A stretch of 46,163 nucleotides of DNA from a virus (Duplodnaviria; Caudoviricetes), in IMG/VR virus record IMGVR_UViG_3300017716_001567, positions 1-46,163 of that record. One strand, 5' to 3'. Positions 35,764 through 46,163 of this stretch are shown piece after piece (within the stretch, counting starts at the first letter, position 1; every line of letters begins with the position of its first letter). The notes under the pieces were generated by a model. The model made no database searches. It saw only the letters and a list, made by a program, of their open reading frames with translations, and was not told the origin of the DNA. A program made the position numbers and the translations under genes.

Positions 35764-37383
35764 ATGCCTGAGAATCGTGTCAAGAGGTATCCGAATCAGG
35801 GTAGTATTAACGTTCTCAGCACGGATACCTCGCAGACAATCGGTGTTACTCCTACGGATGTGGAGTACTTTCCCATCCGTGGGATGGTACGCGATAAGCC
35901 TTCTACGCAGCTAGTCCCAGGCGAAGCGTGGACGGTGAAGAATATGTACTGGCGAGATGGCCAATACAAGACTCGGCCTGGAGTTAGCGCGATTGGTGGG
36001 GTGCTCACTAATCCGGTGTGTGGAGTTATCATCTTCACGAGTAGCTCCACGGGTGACCAGTTCGTTGTAGCACAGCCAGCGGGATTCTCGTACTACGACG
36101 GATCAGCGTGGACTGCGCTAACCGGAACCGCACTAACCGCGACAGTTGATACACTATACTCATTCACACAGTGGGGAAGTTCTCTCATCTATGCGAATGG
36201 TGTAGATGCCATCGGCGCGGTGGATATGACTGGTCTATCATTTGCGGTACTCACAGGCGCACCAGTTGCACGGACGGTATTTAACTTCGGTCGTCGTATT
36301 ATCGGCTGTGATGTCGGAAGTAATCCCGAGCGTGTGCAGTGGTGTGTGAGTGGTAACAACGCGGACTGGAGTGGACTAGGCTCTGGGTATGAAGATCTCC
36401 GTGCTGCTCCAGGTGGTGTGGTAGATGATGCACTCATCGGAATCCCTATTACAGACGATAGTGCACTGTTGATTAAGCGCCGTAGTATCTGGATCATGAC
36501 GAGGACGGGATTCTTTGATACTCCGTTCGCGTTCAGCAGGCGATATCAGACTCTCGGTACTGAGTCTCCGAACACGTTCAAGTTGACTCCCATTGGAGTT
36601 ATTGGGTTGTTTCTTGACAACGTGTACGTGTTCACAGATGCTGAACCCCCTCGTGCGATTGGTACCGCAGTACGTAACGAGATCCTCCGTGGGGCTAATC
36701 TCAGCAACGCGGTGGGTATCTACGATCGGTTCTTGAATGAGTACCGCTTGTTCGTACCGAAAGCTACCCGTGATGGGACTAGCGCGGTGTGGCGTTACTC
36801 GATCAGCGATGCCAGATGGACCTTCGATGAGTTCCCCTTCGACGTCGTGGACTTAACCGCGGAGTACTACACCATTGATCCGACTATCGACGGAACAGAA
36901 GATGTGGTGGATTCACTTGATATTCCCGTGGATGCTATGGAAGGCGTCGGGAACACATCGGGGCTACTCATTGCTCAGTACGGGTCGACTGGTAAGGTCG
37001 TGGGACAACTGCTCGACGGTAATACAGATGACATCACCCAAGGTTCCGTCACGCAGAGTGCGGCGATCGAGACGGATATTACGCTCGGGGAAATTACGCC
37101 AGGAACATCGCTTCGCAGAGCGAACATCATCGAAGCGCAGATTGAGCATTTCAACTCTGCAGAGGTTACTCTCGATGTGAACTATAGCGAAGACTTCGGG
37201 ACGAATTGGAGTGTGTACGATCAGTGGTTGACTGGTCCAGATGGTGTACCGACGATCTCGAGGTTCACGAAGTATGTGGAAGCCAAGAGACTTCTCATCC
37301 AGATTACTAGCGCAGATGCCGCTGGACTCGCGTTGAATAGTATCGTACTCCGCCTCAACGTCGGATCGAAGCATGCTCATTGA
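35764..37383 (+). CDS. Tail nozzle / stabilisation protein (P22 gp10 / T7 gp12-like)
   Basis: 539-aa beta-propeller-like; N+YWRDG.YKTRPG start; position. Confidence 0.7.
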   Translation: MPENRVKRYPNQGSINVLSTDTSQTIGVTPTDVEYFPIRGMVRDKPSTQLVPGEAWTVKNMYWRDGQYKTRPGVSAIGGVLTNPVCGVIIFTSSSTGDQFVVAQPAGFSYYDGSAWTALTGTALTATVDTLYSFTQWGSSLIYANGVDAIGAVDMTGLSFAVLTGAPVARTVFNFGRRIIGCDVGSNPERVQWCVSGNNADWSGLGSGYEDLRAAPGGVVDDALIGIPITDDSALLIKRRSIWIMTRTGFFDTPFAFSRRYQTLGTESPNTFKLTPIGVIGLFLDNVYVFTDAEPPRAIGTAVRNEILRGANLSNAVGIYDRFLNEYRLFVPKATRDGTSAVWRYSISDARWTFDEFPFDVVDLTAEYYTIDPTIDGTEDVVDSLDIPVDAMEGVGNTSGLLIAQYGSTGKVVGQLLDGNTDDITQGSVTQSAAIETDITLGEITPGTSLRRANIIEAQIEHFNSAEVTLDVNYSEDFGTNWSVYDQWLTGPDGVPTISRFTKYVEAKRLLIQITSADAAGLALNSIVLRLNVGSKHAH

Positions 37384-37675
37384 TCGCTATATATCCGATG
37401 TTAAGCTCATGATCGACCAGCTGGTTCGTGCCCTCACGAATCGGCTAACCGTGGAAGATAACATGCAGGCGAAGCAGGTCACCGTGACCTCTCACGCTAC
37501 GCCTGGAACTGCCTTCACTGTAACACACTCTTTAGGCAAGGTGCCGACGATATGGATAGCTATGCCACAAGCCAGCGCGATAGTGTACGAACACAGTCGC
37601 TCGACCTGGACGGACTCGACCATGCAGTTAAAGTGCAGCGTGTCATCGGTAACAATCGTCTTGACAGTCCTGTAG
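37373..37675 (+). CDS. Small tail protein
   Basis: VTHSLGKVP motif. Confidence 0.6.
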   Translation: MLIDRYISDVKLMIDQLVRALTNRLTVEDNMQAKQVTVTSHATPGTAFTVTHSLGKVPTIWIAMPQASAIVYEHSRSTWTDSTMQLKCSVSSVTIVLTVL

Positions 37676-37677
37676 CT

Positions 37678-38160
37678 ATGGATGGGGATGTTATCATCTA
37701 CAAGATGGTAGCATCGAAGGAGAAGCTGGAGTACATGTGGAGACAGTCCGTCAAGCACAAGTCGTTGTTCTGGCATAGCAAGATGGGCTCGCAGGAGATG
37801 TTCGCTGATGCGATGTTGAATCCCAGTTGGGTGTTTTTCGAGGTGTACAAATTTGGATACCTCTGTGGGTTCGTGTACTTCACGGATGTAAAGGAGCTTG
37901 AGTACGTCCAGATGCACGCGATCTTTTTCGACCGTGCGCTGACGGATAAGCTGATTGTCGGAAAGCTCCTGATTCACTGGATGTTCGACCATTATCCGAT
38001 CGAGAGGATCGAGGCCGCTATTGCAGAACCCTTCCATGCTACTCACCGGTTTGTGCAGAAGCTTGGAATGAAGTACGAGGGTATCCGAAGGAAGGGCATT
38101 CTGCTTTACGACGCGTGGACGGATCAGAAGATCTTCAGTGTAATCAGAGAGGAGGTATAA
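37678..38160 (+). CDS. GNAT-fold protein preceding the ejection genes
   Basis: RFVQKLGMKYEGIRRK motif. Confidence 0.75.
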   Translation: MDGDVIIYKMVASKEKLEYMWRQSVKHKSLFWHSKMGSQEMFADAMLNPSWVFFEVYKFGYLCGFVYFTDVKELEYVQMHAIFFDRALTDKLIVGKLLIHWMFDHYPIERIEAAIAEPFHATHRFVQKLGMKYEGIRRKGILLYDAWTDQKIFSVIREEV

Positions 38161-38161
38161 C

Positions 38162-39658
38162 ATGGGTGCAGGCGGTATGAAGGGCCAAGAGGGGACAATT
38201 AACACTATGCCCGAGGATGTTACTGGCCTTCGCGGGGATGTGATTAGTTGGCTCCAGCAGGCTAGTGGTGGTAACCCAGGTGCGGCAGCCGAAGCATCGT
38301 TTGAGAAGATGTTTGCTAAGGAACGCTTGGATTACCTCGCACAGCTCCAGAAGAATGGCGTCACTGGGCCGGCGTTACTACAAGCCGGTGCACAGTTTGA
38401 CTCAAATAAAGCCACACGGAAGGAAGCTTATGTTAAGCAGAATCCAGGTGGTAGCTTCGGAGCTATCAATGCACAAGCTGCTCCGATGTACAATCCCGCA
38501 GCATCCGGTGGTTCGACTATCGGGAATCTTCCTCAGGCACCCAAGACTAACCTGGGTCCTGCTTCGCTTAGCTCGTTTGATCCGATTAGTGCTGGTGCCG
38601 CTGCGAAGGGCGATCCGGTGTCTATGGGAAAGACTAGCGGACTGCAGCGAGATAAGAACTTCGATGGCATCATCGACATGATTGTAGGGCGTAGCAAGGG
38701 TGGCAACATGGCTGGACAGGCCACCGCTGGACAAGCAGCTAGCACCGTGGGTATGGTTCAGTCAATGGACCAACTCGGGAATAGCTTCTTTAAAGAGAAT
38801 GTCATGACGCCCTATCGTGACATGTTTGCGCAGACACGGAAGGAAGGACTTGCCGCTGCGAATGAGGCTAGCGGAAATCTTACGGGAAGCGGCTTTGCGA
38901 ATAACCTCGGCACGACTGTGAACAGGAGCATCGGTGAAGAGAATGCTGCACTCAGTGGAATCCTTACCCAGCTCGGACAGTTCGAAGTCGGGCGGCAACA
39001 GCAAGTTGCGGAGCGTGAGCAAGGCCGACTGCTTGGAAACGCGGGTTTCACGACTCAAGCTGAGATTGCTAACGCTGGCAATCGGACTACTGCAAATCTG
39101 GCCGGTACTCAGAATCTTGCTCAACTTGCTGCTTTGTTTAGCGGCGAGAGCATGGATGCGGCTAAGCGGGCGGACGGTATGTCTATGTTCAATGCGGGAG
39201 AGTCGAACAAAGCGCTGATGGACTTCCTGGGACGTAGCGATACGATGTCCCAGTTCAATACGAATCAAGTCAACACAAGCAAGACTCAGCAGTCCATACG
39301 CAATGCGGAGCTTGCAACCCAGCAGGCGATTGAGCAGGGCCGTATCACGAGTGCAGAGGCTACGAACTATTACAACCAGCAGCTGCAACTCAACACGAAG
39401 CAGGCTGAGCTCGATCAGAACAACAACCAGTTCAACGCTGGTGAGACGAACAAAGCTGGGATGTTCAACACGCAGAATCAGACTAACGTCAACCAGCAGA
39501 ACGCACAGAATTTCTTGCAGCTTCTGCTTGGCATGAGCACGACTGGCGTTGGACCGAATCAGCCTTCGTACAAGCCTGGCGGCTGGGATGCAATCTCGCA
39601 GATTCTCCCGTTCATCGGAACGGTAGTGGGTTCATACTACGGCGCGAAGAAGAACTAA
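38162..39658 (+). CDS. Internal virion / DNA ejection protein
   Basis: G/A/Q/N-rich with QFNA repeats, hydrophobic C-terminus. Confidence 0.65.
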   Translation: MGAGGMKGQEGTINTMPEDVTGLRGDVISWLQQASGGNPGAAAEASFEKMFAKERLDYLAQLQKNGVTGPALLQAGAQFDSNKATRKEAYVKQNPGGSFGAINAQAAPMYNPAASGGSTIGNLPQAPKTNLGPASLSSFDPISAGAAAKGDPVSMGKTSGLQRDKNFDGIIDMIVGRSKGGNMAGQATAGQAASTVGMVQSMDQLGNSFFKENVMTPYRDMFAQTRKEGLAAANEASGNLTGSGFANNLGTTVNRSIGEENAALSGILTQLGQFEVGRQQQVAEREQGRLLGNAGFTTQAEIANAGNRTTANLAGTQNLAQLAALFSGESMDAAKRADGMSMFNAGESNKALMDFLGRSDTMSQFNTNQVNTSKTQQSIRNAELATQQAIEQGRITSAEATNYYNQQLQLNTKQAELDQNNNQFNAGETNKAGMFNTQNQTNVNQQNAQNFLQLLLGMSTTGVGPNQPSYKPGGWDAISQILPFIGTVVGSYYGAKKN

Positions 39659-39667
39659 GGAGAACTC

Positions 39668-40888
39668 ATGGCTGATATCGTACAGTTGAACAACCCGCTG
39701 GTCAACATCATGAAGGCGCTGGGGCAAGGTGGGACGAACTTCCTCGGTGCTAAGACTGGGATGGAAGATCGTCGCCGTGCTCAGGAACAAGAGGACCTCA
39801 AGACCTTCATCGCACTCATGCCGTATCTGAACGGTGGTGGTGCGGGAAGTGTCGGTCCGAATGGGGAGTTGTTCCCTGCTGCACCTATGCAAGCACCGAA
39901 GAACATCCAGAACATCGTGAGTAAGATGACTGGTATGGAGAATCCGATCTTCGGTCCCAGTGCTGCAATGCGGAAGGATAACGCAGGCGCCTACGTCGCG
40001 GAGGCGACTAGTGGAAACACGGTTAAGCAGTCGGGACAGGCAGTTGCTCTTGGCGACAAGGCGATTACCTCTGCTGAGATCCAGAACCAGGCTGGACAGT
40101 ATGGGGTGGATACGACACCCATTAAAGATAAACAGGTTTACATCAAGAATGAAGCCCCCAACTACGTGGCGAATGCGATTACTCCCGAACTCCCCGCCAC
40201 AGACAAGAACCGACAGAAGTTGATCCAACAGGCGTATAAGGCGTTCAACATGGGAGCACCTGATACACTGTATAAGAAGTCTGTCCGACCGGATGACTTC
40301 GCGGGAGCAGTGGATGCTGCAATCATGGCGGAGAAGAATCTCGCTATGGAACGTGCGCGGGTTAGCGCGTACGCACGACAGGTATCTGCGAGTGGTACTC
40401 CGGACTATCTGAAGGCGGCGAGTGAGATGCGCATGACGCTCAACAATCGGTTGCAGGACATGAAGTCCGATAAGAACCTCATGAACATCGTGACGTTGCA
40501 GGAGTCTGGTCAGGTCACAGATGAGAACGCGCTACCGCCTGAGATTCTCAGCAAGTATCGCGTGTACAAGGGATTGCTCCAGCAGAGCGATGCCCTCATG
40601 CGGGTGCAGAGTGACATCATGAGCAACGGGGGTGTGCCGAGTAAGGAAGGCATGAAGCTTCTCAGTGCTGCACTCAGCGCTACTGGTGCCGATGCGAGTA
40701 CGGATAGCGGTATTGGTGCAAGTGGTGGTAGCGGTATGGATGCTGCAGTTAGCCAGTTCACTGACGCCATCCGCTCGTTGCCCGAAGTCGCACGTATGGC
40801 GAAGCTCAAGGCTGCAAAGGCAGAAGGCTTGCTGACAGATGAACAAATCCGTGCGATCAATAAGGCACTCTCGGGAGGTAAGAAGTAA
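39668..40888 (+). CDS. Internal virion / DNA ejection protein
   Basis: AAGGAG RBS; helical Ala-rich; position. Confidence 0.6.
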   Translation: MADIVQLNNPLVNIMKALGQGGTNFLGAKTGMEDRRRAQEQEDLKTFIALMPYLNGGGAGSVGPNGELFPAAPMQAPKNIQNIVSKMTGMENPIFGPSAAMRKDNAGAYVAEATSGNTVKQSGQAVALGDKAITSAEIQNQAGQYGVDTTPIKDKQVYIKNEAPNYVANAITPELPATDKNRQKLIQQAYKAFNMGAPDTLYKKSVRPDDFAGAVDAAIMAEKNLAMERARVSAYARQVSASGTPDYLKAASEMRMTLNNRLQDMKSDKNLMNIVTLQESGQVTDENALPPEILSKYRVYKGLLQQSDALMRVQSDIMSNGGVPSKEGMKLLSAALSATGADASTDSGIGASGGSGMDAAVSQFTDAIRSLPEVARMAKLKAAKAEGLLTDEQIRAINKALSGGKK

Positions 40889-43800
40889 TGCCAACCCAAC
40901 AGGATGATCCCCTGGAAATTCTGCGGAAGAACAAGCAGCGTCAGGCACGGTTGCTGGCGCTGGCATCTTCCGACGATGATGAAGGCTACGATAAGGCTCT
41001 TCAGGAAAGCGCAACGGGGCGAGATTACCGTCGTGAGTCCTACCGTGCGAGGCAGCTCAAGACCACCGAGGAAGGACTAGCAGATCCGAACATTACGCCT
41101 AGCGCACGGCGTAGTCTCACGATTCTGAAAGACTACATCACCTCTCCAGACTTTGGTAAACTCCCCGCTAACCACGGGGAGGACATCAAGGTTGTGAATG
41201 AAGATGGGATGGTAGTGAGCGGTGGATCGGATAGGGCGAGATCGCTAGTTACAGGCTTCGCAGATGCGATTCCACAGCTAGTCGATTTGCCCCTTGCGAT
41301 TGCGCAGAAGCTCGGTGTGCATACGGTAGTTGATAAGATGCGCGCTGGGTTGACGGAAGGCCGAGCGATGGTACGGGAGAGCATTGACGCACGGACTCCA
41401 GGGCTGGAAGGTACAGCACTGGAGTTCCTCGGTGCGCTCAGTAATCCCGCTGCACTCAAGGGTTACAACAAGAGCACCGAAGCATCTGGCAAAGTGATGT
41501 CTGGTGCAGCGAAGGCAGTGGGACTGGAGAAGCTTGGTCAGGGAATTACCTCCGGACTGACTAGCGCTAATCCCTTCGCACGTGCTGCCACGAACGTAGC
41601 TACGGGACTTCCGCTTAACATTGCACAGCAGGCACAACTGCCAGATGGTGCAAGTGGAAGCGATCAGGCTAAGCAGTTACTCTTTGGTGTGACTGCGGAC
41701 GCGCTAGGTGGTGCTGCGTTTGGTGGGCGTCGAGCGTCGGACCCCGTGCGAGTGATTGATCCTAACATCCCCAAGCCTGATCTGGAAGCTGGTGGGGTAG
41801 TCGAGGTTACCCCTGATAAGCAAGCTATCCTTGATGCTATGGCGCTCAAGGCGAAGCAAGCCGCTGCGCGTAAAGCAATCGACGAGGAGGCAAAGGCGTA
41901 TGACTCCGCATCCCGTACACAAGCCGCAGCGGAATGGCAAGCTGCGAATATGGGAGAGAAGTGGCGCGATGTTCCGAAGGATGATCGAATCAAGATTGTC
42001 ACCGACTGGCAGAAGGAACACACGATTGACTGGTGGCGCGAGAAGGTTGGCAAACCTGCACCGGTGGTTGAGAATCTTGCAGAGGGTGGCGTACTTCCGA
42101 CCACTGCGCCGGTTGATCCTCCACCTGCACCTGTGGCTGCACAGGAAGGGGTGGCGATAGTACCACAGGAACCAGAGGTTGTAGTTCCAGTTAAGTCCGA
42201 ACTCGAGTTGATGCAGGAGAAGTTCGCTGCAACGAAAGCGGCTACTGCAATCGCGCGTGGGGAAGTACAGGCGCCAAGTGTAGAGTCACTCCGCACACCC
42301 GAGATGCGAGCACAGGAAGTCGCATTGGGTGATGTGAGTGCTATCCCTGACATCATGGAAGTCGTAGATGCGCGAGTAGCGATTTATAAAATATTCGATA
42401 CTCCGTATGCAAAGAAGACTCCAGAGATGCTGGCATCGGCTAAAGAGAATCTAGCGATGCTAGAGATGTCACATAAGGTAGCACAGGACTATCCGGAGTT
42501 GGTATCGGGTAACTTCATCGCTGAGGCTAGAGACTCACTCAGTGAAGCTAAGAAGTGGGTAGATGTAATTGAGGAAGCTGTCAACATGCGGGTGACAGCA
42601 GCAGCAAAGACAGCTGAGACTAACGCGTACTATGAAACACGGCGAGTACAGCTAGCGGATGAGTTAGCTGCTGCCAGCCGACCGAAAGTCGAAGCTCCTG
42701 TACCAACGAAGCTCCCCAAGGAACTCGAGAAAGCATCACCGAACTATAGCTATGGCGAGAAGCGATTCACGCTCAAGTTCGATAGTGATGTGGATAAAGC
42801 TGCGTACATCACTGCACAGGCTACCAAGTCCAAGCGCGATAAGGACTTCCTAGAGTTTGCGATGAACGCAACTGGGATGGATGAAGCAGCTGTCCGTGCG
42901 TATGGTGCGCAGGTTAAGGCACGCATCAAGAACATGGCGAAGGATGGTACAGCGGGTGTAATGCAGGTGGACGCCGGTACTCCTGGCGTTGTCGGGCAAG
43001 AGCAAGGATTCCGTGGGCTGAAAGTCGTATCGTCTATGGACAAGGCTACAGCGGAGATTCCCAAGGTAGCTGAGCCTATCCCTGATGTCCCGCCAGTGGT
43101 ACAGAATAGTACCCCTGCCGCACCGACATTTAAGGAGCTGGACAAGCTGGAAGATAATCTCATGAAGAAGATCTCCAAGCTTGAGAAGCGTTGGCAGAGT
43201 GAGAATCCTGGCAAGTCGCTGCGCTACATGATTGACTGGAAGGATCCTGAGTACATCGCTACACGGAATCAGCTTAACGAGGTCAGCACACAGAAGGATC
43301 TGCTTCCGGATGAGGATGATCTAGATGATGTGGTGGAGATCGTTAATCCGAAAGCCCCTACTGGTGGGACTGTACGAGTTGCACCGAAGGTTGATCCGAC
43401 TGCACCGACACGTAGCGTCGAGCAGAAGGTAATCACACCGGCTAGCAAGGATCTTCGTGAAGCCCAGATCGACATGCGGAAAGCGATGTCGCCACGGAAG
43501 CTTACCGATGAGGAACTAGTATCGTACGTGAGTGGTATCCAAGAGCGCATCGGTACGCTCGGTGATCCGGATGCAGAGAAGCAATACATGAAGCTTCTCG
43601 AGGGTGTGATCGGCGAGCAGACTGCACGGAAGGTCACGAATCAGATGAAGTCCCAAGCCAACATGCCTCCAGGTGTGCTTGGTGCAGGTGTGGGGTTTAC
43701 CTACGGAGTCGCAACGACGGATGAGAAGGATCCTGAGGCTGCGACTCGCATCATGATGTGGACGCTAGCCGGCGCCGCTGCGGGTTATGGTGCAGGGAAG

Positions 43801-46163
43801 CTTGGTGAGAAGATCCAGATTCGTCAGGAGACCAGGAGCAAGATTAACAACTTGTTTCCTGGCCAGTCTGCAATGGCGAAGGATCAGGCAGATGTCATCG
43901 GGATTGGAGATAAGGTAAAAGCCAAGCAGCCGTTCACTGCCATGATGCGCAACTGGTACAACGGTGGAGTGCGGAGGATTGCATCGTTTGAGAATATGGT
44001 TGGGAAGCTTCCTGTGCAGAATAATCTTCCCCTCGCACAGAATCCTGTCAAGCTCGCCGAGCACTTCAATCGTAGCATCGCACGTACGGAGAGCTGGAAT
44101 CACCTCGCTGTGGTAATCGACGGGCCAGATGGAGAGCCGATCTATATTGGTCCTACGTTCTTCGGGGAGGAAGTCAAGCCCGCACAGCACATCCTTGCGA
44201 TGGTGAATCAGGATAAAGAAGGACTCGGGAAGGTGATGGTGGCACTTACGAGTCTGGAGTTGCACAGCATGGGGCATGAGCGAGTGCCGTATGCAGAGGA
44301 CTTCGCTACGCTGATCGTAAAGAACGCACCACAGAACTACATCGACGCGGCAAGGGAGTTTCGTAAGTTTAACCTCGCTATGCTCAAGGTCATGCAGTTC
44401 AGCGGGCGGCTTAGTCAAGAAACCTTCGATGTGATCTCCAAGGAAGAGTGGTACGCTCCGTTGTATCGGAGTGTAGAAGGCGGTACGACTCGTAACATTC
44501 GTGATCTCAAGAAGGATCGCATCAACACTGGTGATCCGTTCAAGGCTCGACAGGGTGGAAGTAAGAAGCTGGATGTCATCAATCCAGTCGATCAGACTCT
44601 CACGCTTCTCCCATATGTACTACGTCACCATGAGTACTCACAATGGGTAGACGGCACAGTGAAGCTGCTCCGTATGCAGCCACCGGAAGTTCAGCGTCAG
44701 CATATTAAGCTCGTCAAGTCATCCGACAGCGAGACTGTCAAGAAGATCATGGAGGAAGCTAAGACTCTCCGTGAGTCTGTCCCCATGACGAATGCAGAGA
44801 GCGATCGCCTCATGGCGTTCAAGGATGATGGTACGAGTGCAACAGGTGGGGGTGGGTATATCACGCACTGGGAGCAGGGTGTACTCAGCACATACAAAGT
44901 ATCAGATGTGGTCTTTGACACGGCGAAGTCGCTGCTCCCGTTTGAGCGAGATGTAGTGAACAACTTGCTGTTCCGTGCTGCACGGGGGACCACAAGGCTT
45001 GCCACGAAGGGCGTCGTGATGAACCCGAAGTTCGTTGTGGGACAGTTCATCGTGGATACCTTCGATGCAGCGCTGACTAGCAAGTACGGCTTCCGTCCTG
45101 GGATTGATAGTTTCCGTGGATGGTGGTCACAGGTTGCACGGACACCGGAGTACTTGCGCGTCATGGACATGGGAGGTCCTGGTTCCATTCAGTCGCTTCC
45201 ATACCAGAACGCGGAGAGTGCTACCAAGATGTTCGCGGCGGAGGGTAAGAGTGCCCTCGCGGTGAGCTGGAATCACATGAAGGAGATGCACCCGATTGAG
45301 GCGTACAAGGCACTGGCTATGCCACTCGCGGATGCAAGTCGGATGGGTGAGGCGCTTCGTGCGTTCGATCATAAGGCTAGCACAATCGAGGCTGTATTCG
45401 CAGCACGGGAGGTGGGCTTCAACGTATCAATGGAAGGTTCGTTCACTTCCATCCGTGCGCTTCACCAGTTGTCTATGTTCACACGGCCTGGGTTCCAAGC
45501 CATTGACGCACTCGCACGGGCGGCTATGCGAGACCCTGCGAAGTTCCTCGCGAAGGGTACTGCATACATCGCACTCCCGACAGTCGGTCTGTGGTACGCG
45601 AATAAAGACGATAAGGAAATCCAGAAGTGGCGCAAGACTCAGGTTGGTAAGGCGTACTGGTTCGTGAGGGGTCCGAGTGGAGATGTCATGCGGATTAGAA
45701 AGCCTCACGTTATCGGACAGTTGTTCGGCACCGCGATGGAGGAAGCACTCGACAAGGCGTATGGGCAGGATCCTCAAGTCGCGGAAACGCTGAGCCAAGT
45801 GTACCGTGATGCAGCGGCTAACATGCTCCCGTTGTTTGGAGTGATTCCACTCAGCTTGCTCGCGGATAAGGACTTCTCGGACCTGGGCGAGATGCGTCCA
45901 ATCACTACCGAGTCAGACCAGGGACTCGATCCGAAGTATCAGGGTCGTGATCGGGCGTCACTCCCAGCGCGTATCATCAGCGATGTGTCGAGGAACATCC
46001 TCAGCCCTGCACAGACGGACTACATTATCCGGACTGTGAGCACCACGGTGGGTATGGACTTCGCACAGGGCATCACGGCAGCGCATGAGTACCAGGCGTA
46101 TGGCTTTGTGCCGGCTAAGTACGAGCTACCGATTGTGCGGGGGTTCTTCCAGAATCCGAGAAG
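40888..46163 (+). CDS. Giant internal virion protein (~1871 aa incl. wrap to 463) with C-terminal LPD38-like domain
   Basis: TAATG coupling; frame open to the window end; WYANKDD..YWFV..MRIRKPHVIGQLFG resembles LPD38. Confidence 0.8.
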   Translation, partial: MPTQQDDPLEILRKNKQRQARLLALASSDDDEGYDKALQESATGRDYRRESYRARQLKTTEEGLADPNITPSARRSLTILKDYITSPDFGKLPANHGEDIKVVNEDGMVVSGGSDRARSLVTGFADAIPQLVDLPLAIAQKLGVHTVVDKMRAGLTEGRAMVRESIDARTPGLEGTALEFLGALSNPAALKGYNKSTEASGKVMSGAAKAVGLEKLGQGITSGLTSANPFARAATNVATGLPLNIAQQAQLPDGASGSDQAKQLLFGVTADALGGAAFGGRRASDPVRVIDPNIPKPDLEAGGVVEVTPDKQAILDAMALKAKQAAARKAIDEEAKAYDSASRTQAAAEWQAANMGEKWRDVPKDDRIKIVTDWQKEHTIDWWREKVGKPAPVVENLAEGGVLPTTAPVDPPPAPVAAQEGVAIVPQEPEVVVPVKSELELMQEKFAATKAATAIARGEVQAPSVESLRTPEMRAQEVALGDVSAIPDIMEVVDARVAIYKIFDTPYAKKTPEMLASAKENLAMLEMSHKVAQDYPELVSGNFIAEARDSLSEAKKWVDVIEEAVNMRVTAAAKTAETNAYYETRRVQLADELAAASRPKVEAPVPTKLPKELEKASPNYSYGEKRFTLKFDSDVDKAAYITAQATKSKRDKDFLEFAMNATGMDEAAVRAYGAQVKARIKNMAKDGTAGVMQVDAGTPGVVGQEQGFRGLKVVSSMDKATAEIPKVAEPIPDVPPVVQNSTPAAPTFKELDKLEDNLMKKISKLEKRWQSENPGKSLRYMIDWKDPEYIATRNQLNEVSTQKDLLPDEDDLDDVVEIVNPKAPTGGTVRVAPKVDPTAPTRSVEQKVITPASKDLREAQIDMRKAMSPRKLTDEELVSYVSGIQERIGTLGDPDAEKQYMKLLEGVIGEQTARKVTNQMKSQANMPPGVLGAGVGFTYGVATTDEKDPEAATRIMMWTLAGAAAGYGAGKLGEKIQIRQETRSKINNLFPGQSAMAKDQADVIGIGDKVKAKQPFTAMMRNWYNGGVRRIASFENMVGKLPVQNNLPLAQNPVKLAEHFNRSIARTESWNHLAVVIDGPDGEPIYIGPTFFGEEVKPAQHILAMVNQDKEGLGKVMVALTSLELHSMGHERVPYAEDFATLIVKNAPQNYIDAAREFRKFNLAMLKVMQFSGRLSQETFDVISKEEWYAPLYRSVEGGTTRNIRDLKKDRINTGDPFKARQGGSKKLDVINPVDQTLTLLPYVLRHHEYSQWVDGTVKLLRMQPPEVQRQHIKLVKSSDSETVKKIMEEAKTLRESVPMTNAESDRLMAFKDDGTSATGGGGYITHWEQGVLSTYKVSDVVFDTAKSLLPFERDVVNNLLFRAARGTTRLATKGVVMNPKFVVGQFIVDTFDAALTSKYGFRPGIDSFRGWWSQVARTPEYLRVMDMGGPGSIQSLPYQNAESATKMFAAEGKSALAVSWNHMKEMHPIEAYKALAMPLADASRMGEALRAFDHKASTIEAVFAAREVGFNVSMEGSFTSIRALHQLSMFTRPGFQAIDALARAAMRDPAKFLAKGTAYIALPTVGLWYANKDDKEIQKWRKTQVGKAYWFVRGPSGDVMRIRKPHVIGQLFGTAMEEALDKAYGQDPQVAETLSQVYRDAAANMLPLFGVIPLSLLADKDFSDLGEMRPITTESDQGLDPKYQGRDRASLPARIISDVSRNILSPAQTDYIIRTVSTTVGMDFAQGITAAHEYQAYGFVPAKYELPIVRGFFQNPR
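46041..46163. repeat. Exact repeat of 1-123
   Basis: Direct sequence identity. Confidence 0.97.

Noticed and set aside
46041-46163. 123-bp terminal repeat as a biological direct terminal repeat
   Set aside because: It falls mid-gene with the frame continuing across the join, so it is most simply an assembler circular overlap

Overview
The window is an apparently complete, circularly assembled ~46.0 kb lytic tailed-phage genome with podovirus-like organisation. A 123-bp exact repeat joins its two ends. The minus arm (469-18276) carries early and replication genes: a DUF3987-like P-loop protein, a uracil-DNA-glycosylase/family-A DNA polymerase fusion, a ParB-methyltransferase fusion, an SSB/Sak4/PD-(D/E)XK recombination module, an AAA+ ATPase and many small ORFs behind sigma70-like promoters. 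The plus arm (18698 to the end, wrapping to 463) carries TerS, a cassette of carbohydrate-binding-like virion proteins, TerL, an M15 endolysin, portal, scaffold, capsid, tail and ejection proteins. It ends in a ~1871-aa LPD38-type protein missed by the ORF track. The most interesting signal is non-coding. There are two aberrant tRNA-like elements, and one displays an anti-Shine-Dalgarno loop (GUCCUCCAG) complementary to CUGGAG(G) ribosome-binding sites held in small hairpins in front of several phage genes. One of those genes is also enclosed by a 24-bp long-range 5'/3'-UTR RNA helix that overlaps a cis copy of the same anti-SD. Together these suggest an undescribed RNA-based translational control circuit, which is an inference and untested. 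All protein calls come from motif recognition by eye, with no database searches.
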